From the NCBI GenBank assembly GCA_016874055.1, contig VGVG01000001.1:72816-136815 (forward strand): a stretch of DNA of 64,000 nt, given 5' to 3'. This document shows positions 61,572 to 64,000 of the stretch, one piece after another. Numbering within the stretch: the first letter of the stretch is position 1; each line of letters begins with the position of its first letter. The translations under genes and the position numbers were made by a program. The notes below the pieces were generated by a model. It was not told the DNA's origin and ran no database searches. It worked only from the letters and a program-made list of their open reading frames with translations. Source of the DNA: Gammaproteobacteria bacterium (GTDB lineage: Bacteria > Pseudomonadota > Gammaproteobacteria > Steroidobacterales > Steroidobacteraceae).

Positions 61572-62504
61572 ATGCACGCAGTGATCCTCGATCTGAATGG
61601 GCTCGACGTCGAGGCAGTCGAAGCGGCCTGTTTTGAGATGGGTGCTTACTCCGTCGTGCTCACCGCCCAACGCGATGACGCCATTTTTGAATCGAAGCCC
61701 GGCGAAATCCGACTCTGGCCGGCAACGCGCCTCTAGGCAATTTTCCCTGACGAATCAGTCGTAGTCGAAAAACTCGATGCGCTCAGGACGGTCCTCGGTT
61801 GCGACCGCTCGCATTTATCCGTCGTAGAGGTCGAAGAGCGCGACTGGGAGCGTGAGTGGCTCAAATATTTCAAGCCCATGCGCTTCGGACAAACACTCTG
61901 GATCTGCCCCTCGCATGCCGAGATCAACGAGTCCACGGCCGCCGTAGTTCGACTCGATCCTGGCCTCGCCTTCGGCACCGGCACTCACCCGACTACACGC
62001 CTCTGCCTCGAATATCTCGATGCGCGAGTGGCAAGCCGAAAAAATGCATCTGACCTTATCGTCGATTTTGGCTGTGGCTCGGGCGTACTTGCTATCGCCG
62101 CCTTGCTACTGCAACCGACCGCGCATGCATTCGTTCATGACTTCGTTCATGACATTGATCCGCAAGCACTTATCGCTACCGAGAGTAATGCGAAAGCGAA
62201 TAAGGTCGATCAGCGCATCGAGTCGTTCTTCCAGGTGATCGACTTGACGAAGCGCCTCGGACCGTGTGAACGAGAATTAAAGCGGGGTGGCGCCGATCTC
62301 GTGCTTGCCAACATTCTCTCCGATCCGCTCCGCGAGCTCGCTCCGCAGCTTATCGCGTTGTTCGCACCGGGCGGCGAGATTGTCTTGGCCGGCTTGCTCG
62401 ATGAGCAGGCCGATGAAGTCATTGCGGCCTACACGCCCACCATTTCATTGATGCGGTGGCGCACGCTCGAAGGCTGGACCTGCCTCGCGGGTTGTCGAGC
62501 ATGA
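61572..62504 (+). pseudogene. prmA: Ribosomal protein L11 methyltransferase PrmA with an in-frame TAG and a 4-codon duplication
   Basis: The sequence reads through in one frame: ..EIRLWPATRL*AIFPDESV..DWEREWLKYFKPMRFGQTLWICPSH..GTGTHPTT..DFGCGSGVLA. The TAG is at 61734-61736. A 12-bp perfect tandem duplication gives AFVHDFVHDIDP in the SAM-binding region. Confidence 0.75.
62130..62153 (+). repeat. Perfect 12-bp tandem duplication (TTCGTTCATGAC x2) inside prmA
   Basis: Read directly from the sequence. It duplicates FVHD immediately before the conserved DIDP. Confidence 0.95.
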
Positions 62505-63502
62505 CTGGAGCATTTTGGATCGGTCCATGGCTGATCCCGAGTCCTGCGGTACTTGCGCCCATGGCCGGTGTCACCGATCGACCCTTCCGAATTCTTGCAA
62601 GGCAGCTCGGCGCAGGACTCACGGCATCGGAGATGATTACCTCAGACACTCAACTTTGGAAATCGCGTAAGTCGCGACAACGAATGAAACATGAGGGTGA
62701 GCTTGAACCTCGGGTCGTGCGGCTCGCAGGCGCCGATCCTGAGGCACTCGCCGAGGCTGCGCGTCGCAATGTCGATCTCGGCGCGCAGATCATCGACATC
62801 AACATGGGCTGTCCCGCCAAGAAAGTTTGCAGTCGTCTCTGTGGATTGGCGCTGCTCCAAGATGAGCCTCTGGTCGGCCGCATCCTCGAGTCCGTCGTTA
62901 CCGCCGTCAACGCAACCAGTCGCGGTGTCCCGGTGACGCTCAAAACTCGTACCGGCTGGGATCGCGAACATCGCAGTAGCGTGCGCATTGCGCAGCTCGC
63001 CGAAGCGAGCGGCATTGCTGCGCTCGCGATTCACGGTCGCACACGTGCCGATTTCTATGGGGGCGAAGCAGAGTACGATATTATCCGTGCGGTTCGAGCA
63101 ACAGTTCGGATTCGGGTGTTGGCGAATGGCGACATCACCAGCCCTGATAAAGCTCGCGAGGTCTTGCAGTACACGGGAACAGTCGGTGTGATGGTGGGCC
63201 GTGCCTCCCAAGGACTGCCTTGGATATTCCGCGATTTTAAGGGTCTGTTAACGCAGGGCGTGCTGCCGCCGGCACTCTCTCGAGCCGATCGACGTGATAT
63301 AGTTCCGCAGCATTTACAGGCTATTTACGCCTTTTACGGTGAAGAGTCCGGGCTACGGATCGCACGGAAACATCTTGTCTGGTACACAAGACTGCTCGAG
63401 TCGGTGCCTCACGCAAGGATCCGCCTCACGGCAGAGTCGTCGACGTCGTTACAGTTCGCATGTGCGAGCGAGCTGTTCGACGCTTGGGTACAACAACTTT
63501 GA
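62501..63502 (+). CDS. dusB: tRNA-dihydrouridine synthase B
   Basis: LAPMAGVTDRPFRILARQLGAGLTASEM .. IDINMGCPAKKV .. IHGRTRA. The ATG overlaps the prmA stop (ATGA). Confidence 0.9.
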   Translation: MTGAFWIGPWLIPSPAVLAPMAGVTDRPFRILARQLGAGLTASEMITSDTQLWKSRKSRQRMKHEGELEPRVVRLAGADPEALAEAARRNVDLGAQIIDINMGCPAKKVCSRLCGLALLQDEPLVGRILESVVTAVNATSRGVPVTLKTRTGWDREHRSSVRIAQLAEASGIAALAIHGRTRADFYGGEAEYDIIRAVRATVRIRVLANGDITSPDKAREVLQYTGTVGVMVGRASQGLPWIFRDFKGLLTQGVLPPALSRADRRDIVPQHLQAIYAFYGEESGLRIARKHLVWYTRLLESVPHARIRLTAESSTSLQFACASELFDAWVQQL

Positions 63503-63518
63503 CGATGAGGGGTATGAG

Positions 63519-63785
63519 ATGTCGGCTGATGGTCATAATGGGTCAAGGCATGAGCTGCCACTGCGCGACCATACTGAGCGCGCACTAGAGGATTATTTTC
63601 GCCTTCTGAACGGTCACGCACCCGCTGACCTCTACGACTTCGTCATTCGTGAAGTCGAAGATCCCCTGTTTCGCATCGTGCTGAAGCATGTGGACGGTAA
63701 CCAATCCCATGCCGCCGAAATCCTTGGCATCAACCGAGCCACCTTGCGACGCAAACTGCGCGAGCTCGGAATCACCTCGGGGTAA
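63519..63785 (+). CDS. fis: DNA-binding protein Fis
   Basis: An 88-aa ORF with the C-terminal [29 protein letters not shown]. It lies downstream of dusB, as in other gammaproteobacteria. Confidence 0.88.
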   Translation: MSADGHNGSRHELPLRDHTERALEDYFRLLNGHAPADLYDFVIREVEDPLFRIVLKHVDGNQSHAAEILGINRATLRRKLRELGITSG

Positions 63786-63789
63786 GTTC

Positions 63790-64000
63790 ATGCCTGTCGT
63801 TCTGCGCCGCGCCCTGATCTCGGTATCAGACAAATCGGGCGTCGTCGACCTAGCTAAAGCACTTACTGCGCGCGGCATAGAGATTCTCTCCACCGGTGGC
63901 ACCGCAAGACTGCTCGTGGAGCAAGGTGTCACGGTCAACGAGGTCTCGCAGCACACCGGTTTTCCCGAAATCATGGACGGTCGCGTCAAAACTCTGCATC
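63790..64000 (+). CDS. purH: Bifunctional AICAR transformylase / IMP cyclohydrolase, N-terminal part (continues beyond the window)
   Basis: [37 protein letters not shown] .. DGRVKTLH. Confidence 0.9.
   Translation, partial: MPVVLRRALISVSDKSGVVDLAKALTARGIEILSTGGTARLLVEQGVTVNEVSQHTGFPEIMDGRVKTLH

Overview
A 64-kb GC-rich chromosomal core segment with gammaproteobacterial gene order: tkt-gap-pgk-pyk, metK-[SAH riboswitch]-ahcY, mpl-ubiX, rnd, adk, pfp-hppA, tolC-waaA-kdkA-GT9, glnE, groES-groEL, dsbD and accB-accC-prmA-dusB-fis-purH. I count about 58 protein genes. I recognise no rRNA, tRNA, CRISPR array, transposase, integrase or phage genes. I do not see a convincing new multi-gene system (defence, secretion or biosynthetic) and will not invent one. 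The strongest unusual signal is gene decay. At least six dispensable genes are disabled: a pirin relic, a MoxR-type ATPase, its VWA partner, an M20 amidohydrolase, a plant-type methionine gamma-lyase and prmA. The lesions are in-frame TAA/TAG/TGA codons, frameshifts and a small duplication, while neighbouring housekeeping genes are intact. Smaller non-coding signals are listed below.
- An 18-bp tandem repeat array runs into the dsbD start codon.
- A terminator-like hairpin lies 17 nt upstream of the glnE start.
- A CIRCE-like operator sits under a sigma32/sigma70-like groESL promoter.
- A hairpin buries the cpdA start codon.
Note that the ORF track prints M for GTG and TTG starts, and many long ORFs are antisense artefacts of GC-rich DNA. 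Start coordinates below are my re-evaluations and are less certain than the stops.
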